Positions 9,897 to 20,394 of a stretch of DNA of 64,000 nt are shown here, in pieces (position 1 is the first letter of the stretch; every line of letters begins with the position of its first letter). The notes beneath the pieces are model-generated. The model was not told where the DNA came from, made no database searches, and worked only from the letters and a program-made list of their open reading frames with translations. The translations under genes were made by a program, and so were the position numbers. Source of the DNA: an uncultured Hyphomicrobiales bacterium (GTDB lineage: Bacteria > Bacteroidota > Ignavibacteria > Kapaibacteriales > UBA2268); contig CAZWXI010000002.1 of NCBI GenBank assembly GCA_964637845.1, positions 28,667 to 92,666 of the forward strand, written 5' to 3'.

Positions 9897-10935
9897 AAAC
9901 AGCAAAATATTTGTTGCGGGAAGCACTGGAATGGTCGGCTCCGAATTATTAAAGCAACTGAACAGCGGGGATTACCGCAAAATTACCGGACAGAGTTTTC
10001 AGCAGTTGGACCTCCGAAATCAATCGGCAACAAATCAATATTTCTCAGCTACCAAACCTGAATATGTTTTTCTAACTGCCGCAAAAGTTGGAGGCATACT
10101 AGCCAACAACACATACAAAGCAGAGTTTATCTATGATAATCTTATGATTGCTGCCAATGTCATCAATGCCTCAAAAGAATTTGGCATCAATAAATTGCTT
10201 AATCTTGGTTCTTCGTGCATATATCCAAAATTTGCACCGCAACCCATAAAAGAAGAACACTTGCTGACAGGGATGCTTGAACCCACAAATGAACCATACG
10301 CCATAGCAAAAATTTCGGCTATTAAACTTTGTAGATATTATAACGAACAATACGGTACTGACTTTATTTCGGTTATACCCACTAATCTTTACGGACCAAA
10401 CGATAATTTCGACCTTAAAAAATCTCACGTTCTGCCCGCTTTATTGAGAAAAATGCTTCTTGCAAATGCAATAAAACAAGGTAACGATTCCTTCCTTTTA
10501 TCGGATGTTAACAAACATCCTCTCAATAGTAACTCTAAACTGAACACGATTGATGAAATTATTATTGAATTAAAACAGTTTGGTGTTTCGGGCGAACAAG
10601 TAGAAATTTGGGGAAGTGGAAATGCTCTCAGAGAATTTATGCATGTCAGTGATCTAGCATCTGCATGCATATATCTAATGCAACATTTTTCTTATTCAGA
10701 AATCGGAGAATTCATTAATATAGGAACAGGCGAGGAAATTTCAATAAAAGAACTTTCTTATTTAGTTAAAGACATTGTCGGATTCAAAGGTCAATTAATA
10801 TTCGATGCCACTAAACCTGACGGTACACCTCGTAAATTGCTCGATTGCAGCAAGCTCCACTCTATGGGTTGGAAAAGCAAAATTTCTCTTCATGACGGAA
10901 TAACAGAGTTGAAAAATGATTATTTAAGTTTGTAA
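9886..10935 (+). CDS. fcl: GDP-L-fucose synthase (GDP-4-keto-6-deoxymannose 3,5-epimerase/4-reductase)
   Basis: [72 protein letters not shown] place the start at ATG 9886 ([12 protein letters not shown]), an 11-nt overlap with gmd. The track start at 9808 lies inside gmd and is unlikely. Confidence 0.9.
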   Translation: MKDKNSKIFVAGSTGMVGSELLKQLNSGDYRKITGQSFQQLDLRNQSATNQYFSATKPEYVFLTAAKVGGILANNTYKAEFIYDNLMIAANVINASKEFGINKLLNLGSSCIYPKFAPQPIKEEHLLTGMLEPTNEPYAIAKISAIKLCRYYNEQYGTDFISVIPTNLYGPNDNFDLKKSHVLPALLRKMLLANAIKQGNDSFLLSDVNKHPLNSNSKLNTIDEIIIELKQFGVSGEQVEIWGSGNALREFMHVSDLASACIYLMQHFSYSEIGEFINIGTGEEISIKELSYLVKDIVGFKGQLIFDATKPDGTPRKLLDCSKLHSMGWKSKISLHDGITELKNDYLSL

Positions 10936-10998
10936 CTTTTTTTTACTTTTATGTGTTTTAGTTAATTATAACTTAACAAATTTAGGAGATTTTCTTTA

Positions 10999-13900
10999 AT
11001 GCCTGCCTTTTTTAAAATACTTGCCACGCCGTTTATTTGGCTTTGTTCATTAGCTTTATCTTCCGGTGCTCCATCACCATTACCAATTGCTTCAACGCCA
11101 CTTAATGAGTTTAATCCGCTATCGTCTGCCTTAAACCCAAAACCTATTGACCAGAAATATTACATGCCTTATAGTTTGCATATAAAAACAAAATTTCATC
11201 TTGGTGAATTTACAATGCAGAAAGACATGGAATCCTTGCTCGGATATGATATCATGCAATTAATAGGCGATTTCAAAATAGATGCACCATTTGCACAATA
11301 TGTCTATAGCGACCTACTATCCATTGACCATTTTGGAGTTTCCCGCATATATGAATTACATTATTCGGGTACAATAAATCCCTTTTTGATTTGTGAAATG
11401 CTGAAACAAAATCCTTATATCGAAAGTGTTGACCCGATTTTTATTCGCTATCAAGATGAGTTTATCCCCAATGACCCGCGGTTAAGCGAGCAGTATGCCA
11501 TGACAGTTATGAAAGCAACTCAAGCATGGTCAATTTCCAAGGGCTCGGATAAAGTGATTATTGCTATAGTGGATTCCGGTACGGATTGGCAACATACAGA
11601 CTTGTCCGCTAATATTTGGATAAATCCAGGAGAAATTCCGGGAAACGGAATTGATGATGACGGTAACGGTAAAATTGACGACATTTATGGATGGGATTTC
11701 ATCGGTAACATTACAACTCAAGAGTACTTTCAAGGTGTTTTTAAGGAAAACAACGACCCTAAAAATCCTAACAATAATCACGGAACATTATCGGCTGGTT
11801 GTGCTTCAGCAGTTACAAATAACGGTATTGGAATTGCATCGTTGGGCTATTCTGCAAAAATCATGTCCATAAAATGTTCAGCCGATAATCCTCAATTAAG
11901 AGGCATCTTGCGTGGCTATCAGGCAATTTTATATGCCGCAGCTTCGGGTGCGCATATCATAAACTGCAGTTGGGGTGGTCCGGGTAGAAGTTCGGCTGAG
12001 CAGGATATTATAAACCAAGTTACGGCTATGGGGGTGCTTGTTGTGGCATCAGCAGGTAATGACGCTTCAAACAATGACATTCTTGACTACTATCCCTGTA
12101 ATTATGTAAATGTGTTATCAGTTGGGGCCAGTGCGTCAAATGATAGACCAGCCAATTTCAGTAACTATGGTCATAACGTTAATGTATTTGCCCCCGGTGC
12201 AAGCATATTGTCTACAACATTGAACAACGGATTTACTCGTGCTGACGGTACATCATTTTCAGCACCTATTGTAGCCGGACTCGCCTCTCTTGTGAAGTCA
12301 ATTCACCCCGAATGGTCACCGATGCAAATCGCTCGTCAAATTCGTAGCACGTCAGATAATATTCTTTCTCTTCAAAATCCTGTACTCAGACCACTTTTCT
12401 ATGGCAGAGCAAATGCCGAAAAAGCCATAAAGTACAATAATCCTGAATTCCCCGATTTAACTGTGCCGGGATTCTATTGCACTTCTTTCAAAGTTAATGG
12501 ACAAGTTGGAGCTATCATCAATTATGCTCTATCCAAAGTTGTTTTGAATGTCACGAATTTTCTGTCGCCGGCACAAAATACCAAAATCATACTATCACCC
12601 TATCGCGATTTCGTTGATATAAAGACAAATGAAATTGAAGCAGGCAATTTTGGCAATTTAGAAACAAAAGAAATTGAAGTTGAATTACAACTAAAAGCTA
12701 ATACCCCATGGTACGATGGCTTTATTGAATTGCTGGTTACTTACCAAAGCGGTGATTATGTTGATTATCAACTCATTTCTATTCCGGTACGATTACAATC
12801 GGCAAGCAAATACACAGTGACTCAAACATTTAGTCCCTCTAATTTCATTACTTGGTATGGAGCACATACTCCAAGCAAAAACATCTTTTGGGCAGTTGGA
12901 AATGTACCCGGGCAAGGTAGCGTATTTTATAAAGTTGGCGGACAAACTCGATTTAACTTATTTACAAGCGAACCCGCTTATTGCGTGTATGCTTTTAATG
13001 AAAATTTAGCATTTTTCGGAAGCGGGCCAACAAACGGAGCAGCAAAAATTTGGCGTACCACAGATGGAGGAGTGGGTTGGGCTTCGGTACCCGTGAACAC
13101 CATTACACCTTTTGTTAACTCAGTACATTTTTATGACAACGATAATGGTATCTTTCTCGGTGACCCTGCATCTAACCTATGGGGTATTGCGGCAACCAAC
13201 AACGGAGGTTCTGATTGGACAAGACTAACCAGTATACCGCCACCTTTGAGCAATGAAACAGGATATGTGGAATCAGTTGCTTATTATGCTAACTCAATTT
13301 GGTTTGGTACATCATCGGGGAGAGTGTTCCGTTCAACTGACAGAGGTCAAATCTGGGAGCTTTCTGATTTACACTTGGGAGGTTCTATCTCAAAAATGGA
13401 TTTCTTAAACAATAACATCGGTTTTGTTGTTTATCAGGAAGTACCAAACGGAACAGCGGGGGACCAATATTTAGCCACTACTAATGACGGTGGCAAGACA
13501 TGGACAAAGCGTGTATTCAATTTCACCGCTAATCAGATTTTGCCAATTTCGGTTTATGCGATCCGCGATGCCGACTTATTCGCAATTACCTCTGTAAACG
13601 GCTCGGTCTTCATCTCAGGCGATATGGGACTCACATTTAAGCCACAGTTAACAAGACAATCAACAAGTTTGAACGTCGGAACGGGCTTTTCACAAGGTTC
13701 TCAAGTAAGATTATGGAGTGCGGGGCGCGTTTCAGTCGGATTTCTTGATTTCGAAGTTACACCTATAAATATTCGAAAAGAGATTACTGTGGTTAACGAA
13801 ACACCGGTAAACTTCGGGCGCCTTGATACAAATCAAAACCTAATTAAACGAATTGACTTCCGAAATGACGGCAATGTACGACTTACGTTCGAATCATTCG

Positions 13901-14373
13901 ACATAATACCCGGACTGAATGTTTCCCCCGATGAGTTCAGAATTATCTTCAATCGTCCTACTGAACTTATACCGGGCGAATCCGCAGGTCTTACGGTTCG
14001 TTTTCAACCCAAAGTATATGGTTCGAGAAGTGCCGTATTAATAGTGAAATCGGATTCGGAGCCTGCCGAATTAACTGTTGAATTAGTCGGAGAAGGAACC
14101 GACGATATTTCATCTGTTTATGAAGATGCTTCCAATTTGATTTATATCAGTCCTAATCCAGCAGGTGAGTTGATTCAAATAATACACAATATCCCTGGTA
14201 TAAGTGAATTGAAAATTTTTGACCTTTCGGGTAAGGAAATGTTGAATTATTCTTATCCGGGCGATACTTTGCGTTATGAAATCAATATAACGGAATTACC
14301 CGTAGGTGCCTATTACATAGTCATTACAAACAAGAATGGACAAAAGTATTCTAAGCAATTTATAAAAAATTAA
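10999..14373 (+). CDS. Secreted subtilisin-like (S8) serine peptidase fused to a BNR/Asp-box propeller-like region, a PapD/ASH-like beta-sandwich and a T9SS C-terminal sorting domain
   Basis: Catalytic triad contexts VDSGTDWQHTDL (Asp), HGTLSAGCASA (His), GTSFSAPIVAG (Ser). Asp-box repeats TTDGGVGW, TNNGGSDW, STDRGQIW, TNDGGKTW. C-terminus ISPNPAGELIQI...LPVGAYYIVITNKNGQKYSKQFIKN is Por_Secre_tail-like. Signal peptide present. Confidence 0.85.
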   Translation: MPAFFKILATPFIWLCSLALSSGAPSPLPIASTPLNEFNPLSSALNPKPIDQKYYMPYSLHIKTKFHLGEFTMQKDMESLLGYDIMQLIGDFKIDAPFAQYVYSDLLSIDHFGVSRIYELHYSGTINPFLICEMLKQNPYIESVDPIFIRYQDEFIPNDPRLSEQYAMTVMKATQAWSISKGSDKVIIAIVDSGTDWQHTDLSANIWINPGEIPGNGIDDDGNGKIDDIYGWDFIGNITTQEYFQGVFKENNDPKNPNNNHGTLSAGCASAVTNNGIGIASLGYSAKIMSIKCSADNPQLRGILRGYQAILYAAASGAHIINCSWGGPGRSSAEQDIINQVTAMGVLVVASAGNDASNNDILDYYPCNYVNVLSVGASASNDRPANFSNYGHNVNVFAPGASILSTTLNNGFTRADGTSFSAPIVAGLASLVKSIHPEWSPMQIARQIRSTSDNILSLQNPVLRPLFYGRANAEKAIKYNNPEFPDLTVPGFYCTSFKVNGQVGAIINYALSKVVLNVTNFLSPAQNTKIILSPYRDFVDIKTNEIEAGNFGNLETKEIEVELQLKANTPWYDGFIELLVTYQSGDYVDYQLISIPVRLQSASKYTVTQTFSPSNFITWYGAHTPSKNIFWAVGNVPGQGSVFYKVGGQTRFNLFTSEPAYCVYAFNENLAFFGSGPTNGAAKIWRTTDGGVGWASVPVNTITPFVNSVHFYDNDNGIFLGDPASNLWGIAATNNGGSDWTRLTSIPPPLSNETGYVESVAYYANSIWFGTSSGRVFRSTDRGQIWELSDLHLGGSISKMDFLNNNIGFVVYQEVPNGTAGDQYLATTNDGGKTWTKRVFNFTANQILPISVYAIRDADLFAITSVNGSVFISGDMGLTFKPQLTRQSTSLNVGTGFSQGSQVRLWSAGRVSVGFLDFEVTPINIRKEITVVNETPVNFGRLDTNQNLIKRIDFRNDGNVRLTFESFDIIPGLNVSPDEFRIIFNRPTELIPGESAGLTVRFQPKVYGSRSAVLIVKSDSEPAELTVELVGEGTDDISSVYEDASNLIYISPNPAGELIQIIHNIPGISELKIFDLSGKEMLNYSYPGDTLRYEINITELPVGAYYIVITNKNGQKYSKQFIKN

Positions 14374-14621
14374 CTATTGATAGTACTATCGCCGGAGTCA
14401 TTATTTCGTAAATAATAGCATTTATAATGAATCTAAAATCGTAATACACTCCGGCAATGTAAAAAAAATAATTTTGTAGTTAAATTATAATTTGTTAGTT
14501 TCGTCATTATCGAAAAAACCAAGGAAGATTATTGATTTTTTCTACAGATTTAGTTTGATGTATGAGGATGGTGTAACAAATCGAGAGTTCGATTGTTATT
14601 ATATTATTTAGCAAACTAATT

Positions 14622-17600
14622 ATGGGAAAAATCATGATAGATAAATTTAGAAATATTATTTTCTTACTACTTGGTTGTTTAACCACAGTAGTTCTTCATT
14701 CGCAAACCGTCATATTAGATGGCAATAGTGCTTATGTAAAATACATTCCGAAGTTGACTACTCAAAAAATTATAACTTCGTCCGCCGGAGATGTATTTCT
14801 ATATCCTGACTATCATTCAACAGTAGTGAATTCTCTACAAGAAGGTGAGCCGTTTGTGCAATACCTACCTGTAAATTTCATTGTTCCCGGTCCTGATTTA
14901 TTCTCAGCCGAACTTATCAAATACTATTATACCGAAGTCAATGCTTATCGCATTATCCCGTTTGATTACGAAATGATGTCACAACAAAACTTTTCTGATA
15001 TAGAACTATCAGAACGCTATTTCGAATATAGTTTCCCCGAAAGATTTTTCGAGATGAATTATTTAGGTATTTCTACTGACCACCATTTAGCTCAATTGAG
15101 AGTTTATCCCTACAAAATTGAAAACGGTAGTCTTTTTATGCTTGACTCTATTGAAATTAAAGTTAATTTTAGACCATATTATGAGCAACAAGGTGCGCCG
15201 ATTCTCAACACTGTCACTACAGCTGTCAACCTTGAACAGGCAAGATTTTGGGGGATTAGCACTAAATCTCAAACAAAAGACATACCTAACTTACTTGAAA
15301 ACGATATCATCCGTGACCTAAGGGAAGTTTCATCGGGAAATTGGCTCAAAATCAGTCTGAATGAAGAGGGAATATACAGAATAGATGCTTCACAACTGAG
15401 TTCTTCGGGTGCGAATATTGCATCAATTAATCCCGCAACTATTAAACTCTTTGGTAAAGGCGGACGTGAACTTTCTGAGCTTGTAAGCGATGCCCTAAAT
15501 AATGACTTAGACGAACAAGCTATTTACGTTTTCACGAAGCCCGACGGCACACTTGATTATATTGTATTCTATGGCGCTCCTACGGTCGGTTTCGAGAAAT
15601 TCGGAAGCAGGATTCGGCATTTTAAAAATAATTATACAAACGAAACACATTATTTGCTCACATGGGGGGGGAGAAACGGGAAAAGAGCAATATTTGCAAA
15701 TGATGTTAACAAGGAAATAATTAACCGACCCACAAATTATGTACACAGAGTATTGTTTGACGAAGATTTATTAAGTCCGTATGTTCCTCCTGCAGGACGG
15801 ATTTGGTTTGGTCGAACTTTCTTCTCAAATCCGTTCAATCCGATAATGCTCCACAACCTTGATAGGACAGGAACAATTTTTTATAGATTAGGATTGGCAC
15901 ACAACTCTGATTCCGGGGGAAATTTCAATATTTTCGAAGGTAGCGAGCAAATTGGTACGTTAAATTTAAGACCAATATCAAGATATATTTTTGCAATCAG
16001 AGGTTTTGGTGAATACACGCTACCTGCAAATAAAATCGGCAACGACAACCGAAGCATGATAAACCTAAAATATAATAATCCAAATTTAAGTAGCTCCATA
16101 GCATATTTTGATTTTTTCGAGATCCACTATCCCCGCAGTTTTTATGCAATTGACAATGAATTATCCTTTCTTGCTGATACAAATCTAAACGGAGTAACTG
16201 AATTTACGATTAATGGATTTTCAGGTCAAACAATTTTCGGATTTGAAGTATCAAATCCTGCTAATCCCCAAGCAATTAAAAATACTGCCGTTACAGGTGG
16301 TATGTTTAAATTTGTTCAAGAACTCGAAAGAGGAGACTATAAAAAATACTATATTTCCGCGAAAGTCAAAAGCCCCAAAATATTACCTACCGAACTTGCT
16401 AACTTACGCGGTAATAAATACAATGCCGATGTAATTGTTCTTACGCATCCCGATTTATTGGCATCAGCCAATGAATTCAAGGATTATCGCGAAAGCACAT
16501 CAAATTTAAAAATTCAGATAGTGTTAACAAATCATGTTTACAACGAGTTTTCATGTGGGGCACCTGATGTGGCGGCTCTTCGAGATTATGTTGCATACGC
16601 TTGGCATAATTGGGATGTAAAACCACGTTACCTCGTATTGTGGGGGGATGGACATTACGATATGAAAAATTTAGCTACTTCAAAAACAAACCATATTCCT
16701 GCACACCAGTCCTTTGTGTATTATCTCGAAAGTTTCGACGAGATCCACAGCGCTTGGTCCTCGGACGATTTTTACGGATTGATTGTTGGTAATGATGATC
16801 TATTAGACATCAGTATTGGCAGAATTACAATAGAAAGTAATGAAGAAGGTAGAACTTTTTTAAATAAATTAAAGCATTACGAGAATAATTCATCTTTAGA
16901 CCAGTGGCGTACAAATATAATTTTACTTGCCGATGATGGTCCAACACAAGGTAAAGCCTACGAAGGTACATTACACACAGGGCAGTCGGAAGTTTTGGCA
17001 AACGATGTAATTAATATTTACGGTAAAGACATGCAGTATGATAAATTGTATCTTGTCGAATACCCTACAGAAAATATTCCCAACGGTCGTCTAAAACCCA
17101 AAGTAAATCAGGACTTACTCAGCAAAGTTAACACTACGGGTGGATTATTATTGAATTGGGTTGGTCACGGTAATCCGCGGATTTGGGCACATGAGCAAAT
17201 ATTGGAACGAGATGTTACCATACCGCAAATGACCAATTATGATAAATTGTTTTTCTTGATTGCTGCTACTTGTGATTTCGGTCGATTTGATAATCCCGAA
17301 ACAAGATCCGGAGCGGAGGAAATGGTTTTGAGTAGAAGAGGAGCTGCAATTGCATCATTCTCGGCTACCCGAATCGTGTATTCGCAATTTAACGCTGAGC
17401 TAGCATATCAGTTATACAGACTCATGTTAAGCCGAAATTCAGATAATAATGAGTATTATCCCTTAGGAGATATTATTCGATTACTGAAGCAGGATTTCAC
17501 GGGCGTTAATGACAAAAAATATTTTTTACTTGGCGACCCGACGATGAAATTGCTTTTACCCGAAAACCGAGTACATATTGATATTATAAACGGCATAAAT

Positions 17601-18656
17601 TTAAATGAAACAGCTAATGAAACTATCGAAATTCCTGCTCTGTCAGAAGTCACGATACAAGGTCGTATAACATATCCCGATGGCATTACTCCCAAACATG
17701 ATTTCAACGGAACAATTCTGATAACACTAAGAGACGGCGACATCGAATATCGAATCACGGAATATTTCTTGGGTATTCCGCGGGACCAATTCTATTTCCG
17801 GAAACTCGGTCCTGCCTTGAATCGCAGTTCATATGTTGTTGAAAACGGCATGTTTACAGCAAATTTTATTATTCCAAAAGACATCAGCTTTAGTCCGAAT
17901 CGAGGCAGACTTTTTGTTTATGCCTATTCCAATGATGGACAATTTGCGAAAGGTTCATACCATAATCTAAGAATCGATGGATATGACGCTACGAGCATCG
18001 AAGACCGAGATGGTCCGAAAATTGATTTATATTTAGATTCGAGGAATTTCATTGCAGGCGATATTGTGACATCAAAACCGAAATTGATTGTTGATTTATT
18101 TGACGACTCCGGTATAAACACCACAGGATTGGGTATCGGTCATAAAATAGAGGCATGGATTGACAATTCTCCAATTTCGATAGATTTAACAAATAGATTT
18201 ACTACATCTTTAGTTGATTCGCGTAGTGGAGCTGCCGAAACTTTTCTTTTCGGTTTAACACCCGGAAGACACACTGTCAGAGTCAGAGCTTGGGATGTTT
18301 TCAATAACTTCTCTGTGGCTGAAACCTATTTCTTTATATCGTCCGCCGGAGACGGTTCGCTTGCAAACATCAAATACAATTATCCCAATCCGTTCTCTGA
18401 TGACACCAAATTCATAATGAATCACAACATGCCGCCTCCATTTGAAGCTCGATTAAAAGTTTTTTCTACCGATGGTGTACTCGTTCGTGACATTAAAACG
18501 TCTGTAAATACGTATCATACATCTGAAATTACTTGGGATGGGAAAGATAATTTAGGCAATGCGGTTTCACAAGGTGTGTACATAATTCAGATTGAAATAC
18601 CAACTGAAAATGGCGATTGGACTATTGTATTATCCAAAGCCGTAAAATTAAATTAG
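14622..18656 (+). CDS. porU: Type IX secretion system sortase PorU (C25 gingipain-like cysteine peptidase)
   Basis: 1344 aa. Contains SGNWLKISLNEEGIYRIDASQL, a C25-like core (VIVLTHPDLL...FKDYRE), a His context (WVGHGNP) and a Cys context (LIAATCDFGRFD). FlgD-Ig-like C-terminus YNYPNPFSDDTKF...GVYIIQIE. Lies immediately upstream of porV. Confidence 0.85.
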   Translation: MGKIMIDKFRNIIFLLLGCLTTVVLHSQTVILDGNSAYVKYIPKLTTQKIITSSAGDVFLYPDYHSTVVNSLQEGEPFVQYLPVNFIVPGPDLFSAELIKYYYTEVNAYRIIPFDYEMMSQQNFSDIELSERYFEYSFPERFFEMNYLGISTDHHLAQLRVYPYKIENGSLFMLDSIEIKVNFRPYYEQQGAPILNTVTTAVNLEQARFWGISTKSQTKDIPNLLENDIIRDLREVSSGNWLKISLNEEGIYRIDASQLSSSGANIASINPATIKLFGKGGRELSELVSDALNNDLDEQAIYVFTKPDGTLDYIVFYGAPTVGFEKFGSRIRHFKNNYTNETHYLLTWGGRNGKRAIFANDVNKEIINRPTNYVHRVLFDEDLLSPYVPPAGRIWFGRTFFSNPFNPIMLHNLDRTGTIFYRLGLAHNSDSGGNFNIFEGSEQIGTLNLRPISRYIFAIRGFGEYTLPANKIGNDNRSMINLKYNNPNLSSSIAYFDFFEIHYPRSFYAIDNELSFLADTNLNGVTEFTINGFSGQTIFGFEVSNPANPQAIKNTAVTGGMFKFVQELERGDYKKYYISAKVKSPKILPTELANLRGNKYNADVIVLTHPDLLASANEFKDYRESTSNLKIQIVLTNHVYNEFSCGAPDVAALRDYVAYAWHNWDVKPRYLVLWGDGHYDMKNLATSKTNHIPAHQSFVYYLESFDEIHSAWSSDDFYGLIVGNDDLLDISIGRITIESNEEGRTFLNKLKHYENNSSLDQWRTNIILLADDGPTQGKAYEGTLHTGQSEVLANDVINIYGKDMQYDKLYLVEYPTENIPNGRLKPKVNQDLLSKVNTTGGLLLNWVGHGNPRIWAHEQILERDVTIPQMTNYDKLFFLIAATCDFGRFDNPETRSGAEEMVLSRRGAAIASFSATRIVYSQFNAELAYQLYRLMLSRNSDNNEYYPLGDIIRLLKQDFTGVNDKKYFLLGDPTMKLLLPENRVHIDIINGINLNETANETIEIPALSEVTIQGRITYPDGITPKHDFNGTILITLRDGDIEYRITEYFLGIPRDQFYFRKLGPALNRSSYVVENGMFTANFIIPKDISFSPNRGRLFVYAYSNDGQFAKGSYHNLRIDGYDATSIEDRDGPKIDLYLDSRNFIAGDIVTSKPKLIVDLFDDSGINTTGLGIGHKIEAWIDNSPISIDLTNRFTTSLVDSRSGAAETFLFGLTPGRHTVRVRAWDVFNNFSVAETYFFISSAGDGSLANIKYNYPNPFSDDTKFIMNHNMPPPFEARLKVFSTDGVLVRDIKTSVNTYHTSEITWDGKDNLGNAVSQGVYIIQIEIPTENGDWTIVLSKAVKLN

Positions 18657-18704
18657 ATAATAAAATATTAGAAATATGAATAAAGTTTTTGGAGGTTTAA
18701 TCTC

Positions 18705-19814
18705 ATGAAATCATCATTGAAAATGGCTTTGATGGCTGTGTTTATTTTGACAACTACTGTACCCATAGAAGTTTTCTCGCAAGCAGGTGGTTCGGCAGTA
18801 CCTTTCTTACTTATATCGCCTGATGCCCGTTCAAGTGGACGCGGAGAAACAGGTACAGCTATCGCCGACGATATCAATGCCATTTACTGGAACCCCGCAG
18901 GTTTGGGCTTCTTGGACTATTTCGATAACTACGATCAAAGCTTCGGCGTCCACGAAGATATTCCTTTCAGACAAGTTGCTCTTTCTTTTTCGCCTTGGTT
19001 GCCGCAATTCAATGCAGATTTATTCTATAGCTACGGCACAATTGGCCAATACTTCGAAGACCTCGACGGTACAGTTGCTTTCAATTTCATCTTTATGAAT
19101 CTCGGTGAGTTTACGCGTACAGCATTTAACGGCGATGTTTTAGGCAAATTTATTTCGAATGAATTTTCTTTTGGTATATCATACGGTACTATTGTCGCCC
19201 CCGATTTGGGTGTAGGTTTCCAATTGCGGTATATACATTCCAATCTAACCCCTACATCTATTCAGACAGGGGGCGAAGCCGGTACGGGGATAAGTGCATC
19301 ATTCGATTTAGGTGTACTTTGGAAACCACAGAATATAGAATTCCTCGGTATCGGCGATAGACTATCGCTTGGAATAAATCTCAAGAATGTTGGGCCTAAA
19401 ATCACATATATTCGTGAATCCGACCCAATCCCGACCACATTAAGACTTGGAACTGCCTACAAAGCTTACAGTGATGATTTTAACGAATTAACTCTTGCAT
19501 TCGATATGGCAAAAATGCTTGTCAAAAGAGATAGCCTTGGTTCTGATGCGCTTCCAAAGTCACTCGTTTCAGGATGGGATAACCCGGGTGCTGAATGGGC
19601 ATTTGGTGCAGAATACTGGTACCAAAAAGTTGTAGCTTTCCGACTTGGTTACTTCCTCGAACCCGCCGCTCAAGGCAATCGTAAATATTGGAACTTTGGA
19701 GCCGGTGTTCGTTATGATATTTTTAAACTTGATTTCAGCTTTATTAATACAATTGAGGAAAATCACCCTCTCGCCAATACAATGCGATTCTCTATGCTTG
19801 TTGACTGGCGCTGA
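18705..19814 (+). CDS. porV: Type IX secretion system outer-membrane shuttle protein PorV (LptO)
   Basis: Signal peptide followed by AVPFLLISPDARSSGRGETGTAIADDINAIYWNPAGLGFL, the conserved PorV/PorQ N-terminal block. Alternating beta-barrel-like sequence with a terminal aromatic context (LVDWR). Confidence 0.85.
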   Translation: MKSSLKMALMAVFILTTTVPIEVFSQAGGSAVPFLLISPDARSSGRGETGTAIADDINAIYWNPAGLGFLDYFDNYDQSFGVHEDIPFRQVALSFSPWLPQFNADLFYSYGTIGQYFEDLDGTVAFNFIFMNLGEFTRTAFNGDVLGKFISNEFSFGISYGTIVAPDLGVGFQLRYIHSNLTPTSIQTGGEAGTGISASFDLGVLWKPQNIEFLGIGDRLSLGINLKNVGPKITYIRESDPIPTTLRLGTAYKAYSDDFNELTLAFDMAKMLVKRDSLGSDALPKSLVSGWDNPGAEWAFGAEYWYQKVVAFRLGYFLEPAAQGNRKYWNFGAGVRYDIFKLDFSFINTIEENHPLANTMRFSMLVDWR

Positions 19815-19876
19815 TAAGGAATAATAGCAGATTTTTTCCTGCAATTTTGGTATGTCTTTGGCTTCTGATATCAAAT

Positions 19877-20392
19877 TCAATCAGCCAAATTCTCCTTTTG
19901 GAAATATAGCTTCGGAAATAGGAAGAATCTCAATTTGCCGTTTTCATTTGTTATTTTAGCCCACGTATCAATTTCGAAATCTATACAAACAACCCCACAA
20001 GTAGGCACATTATCAAAATATTCTCCCGTGAAATAACTTGATAATGAAGTTATGTCAGGGTTGTGACCGAACAGTAATGCTATATTGTGATTATCATCGA
20101 AAGTAGATAAGATTTTTTTAACATAAGCCATACCTTTCTCATATACACCTAAATCAAATTTGATGTTTTTGCTATCATAATCTAATTGTTGTGCAAAATA
20201 CAATGCAGTACTTTTAGCTCTGACAGCAGGGGAGGACAATATAAAATCGGGGACTATTCCCTTTGATCTAATGACTTCTGCCATAAATGGTGCATCGCGA
20301 TTACCCCTTTTATTCAAAGGTCGCTCAAAATCACTCCAATCGGGATTATCCCAACTTGATTTTGCATGTCTTACTAGTACAATGGTTTTCAT
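19877..20392 (-). CDS. Histidine phosphatase family protein (SixA-like phosphohistidine phosphatase)
   Basis: N-terminal MKTIVLVRHAKSSW (RHA catalytic motif) and GHNPD later on; the 171-aa size fits SixA-type proteins. Confidence 0.7.
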   Translation of the reverse strand: MKTIVLVRHAKSSWDNPDWSDFERPLNKRGNRDAPFMAEVIRSKGIVPDFILSSPAVRAKSTALYFAQQLDYDSKNIKFDLGVYEKGMAYVKKILSTFDDNHNIALLFGHNPDITSLSSYFTGEYFDNVPTCGVVCIDFEIDTWAKITNENGKLRFFLFPKLYFQKENLAD

Positions 20393-20394
20393 AA

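Noticed and set aside
10440-10620. About 35-aa insertion in Fcl relative to E. coli Fcl ([48 protein letters not shown])
   Set aside because: As far as I recall, longer Fcl proteins with an insertion at this loop are common in Bacteroidota-like lineages. The catalytic motifs are intact, so this is probably lineage-typical rather than novel.
14391-14455. Perfect 8-bp GC-rich stem GCCGGAGT / ACTCCGGC enclosing an AT-rich inner hairpin (ATTATTT-CGT-AAATAAT), downstream of the S8 peptidase gene
   Set aside because: It may be a transcript-end structure. However, the 49-nt loop and the lack of a following T-run (A-run instead) do not fit an intrinsic terminator on either strand. I see no recognisable riboswitch or sRNA motif. 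It is left unannotated.
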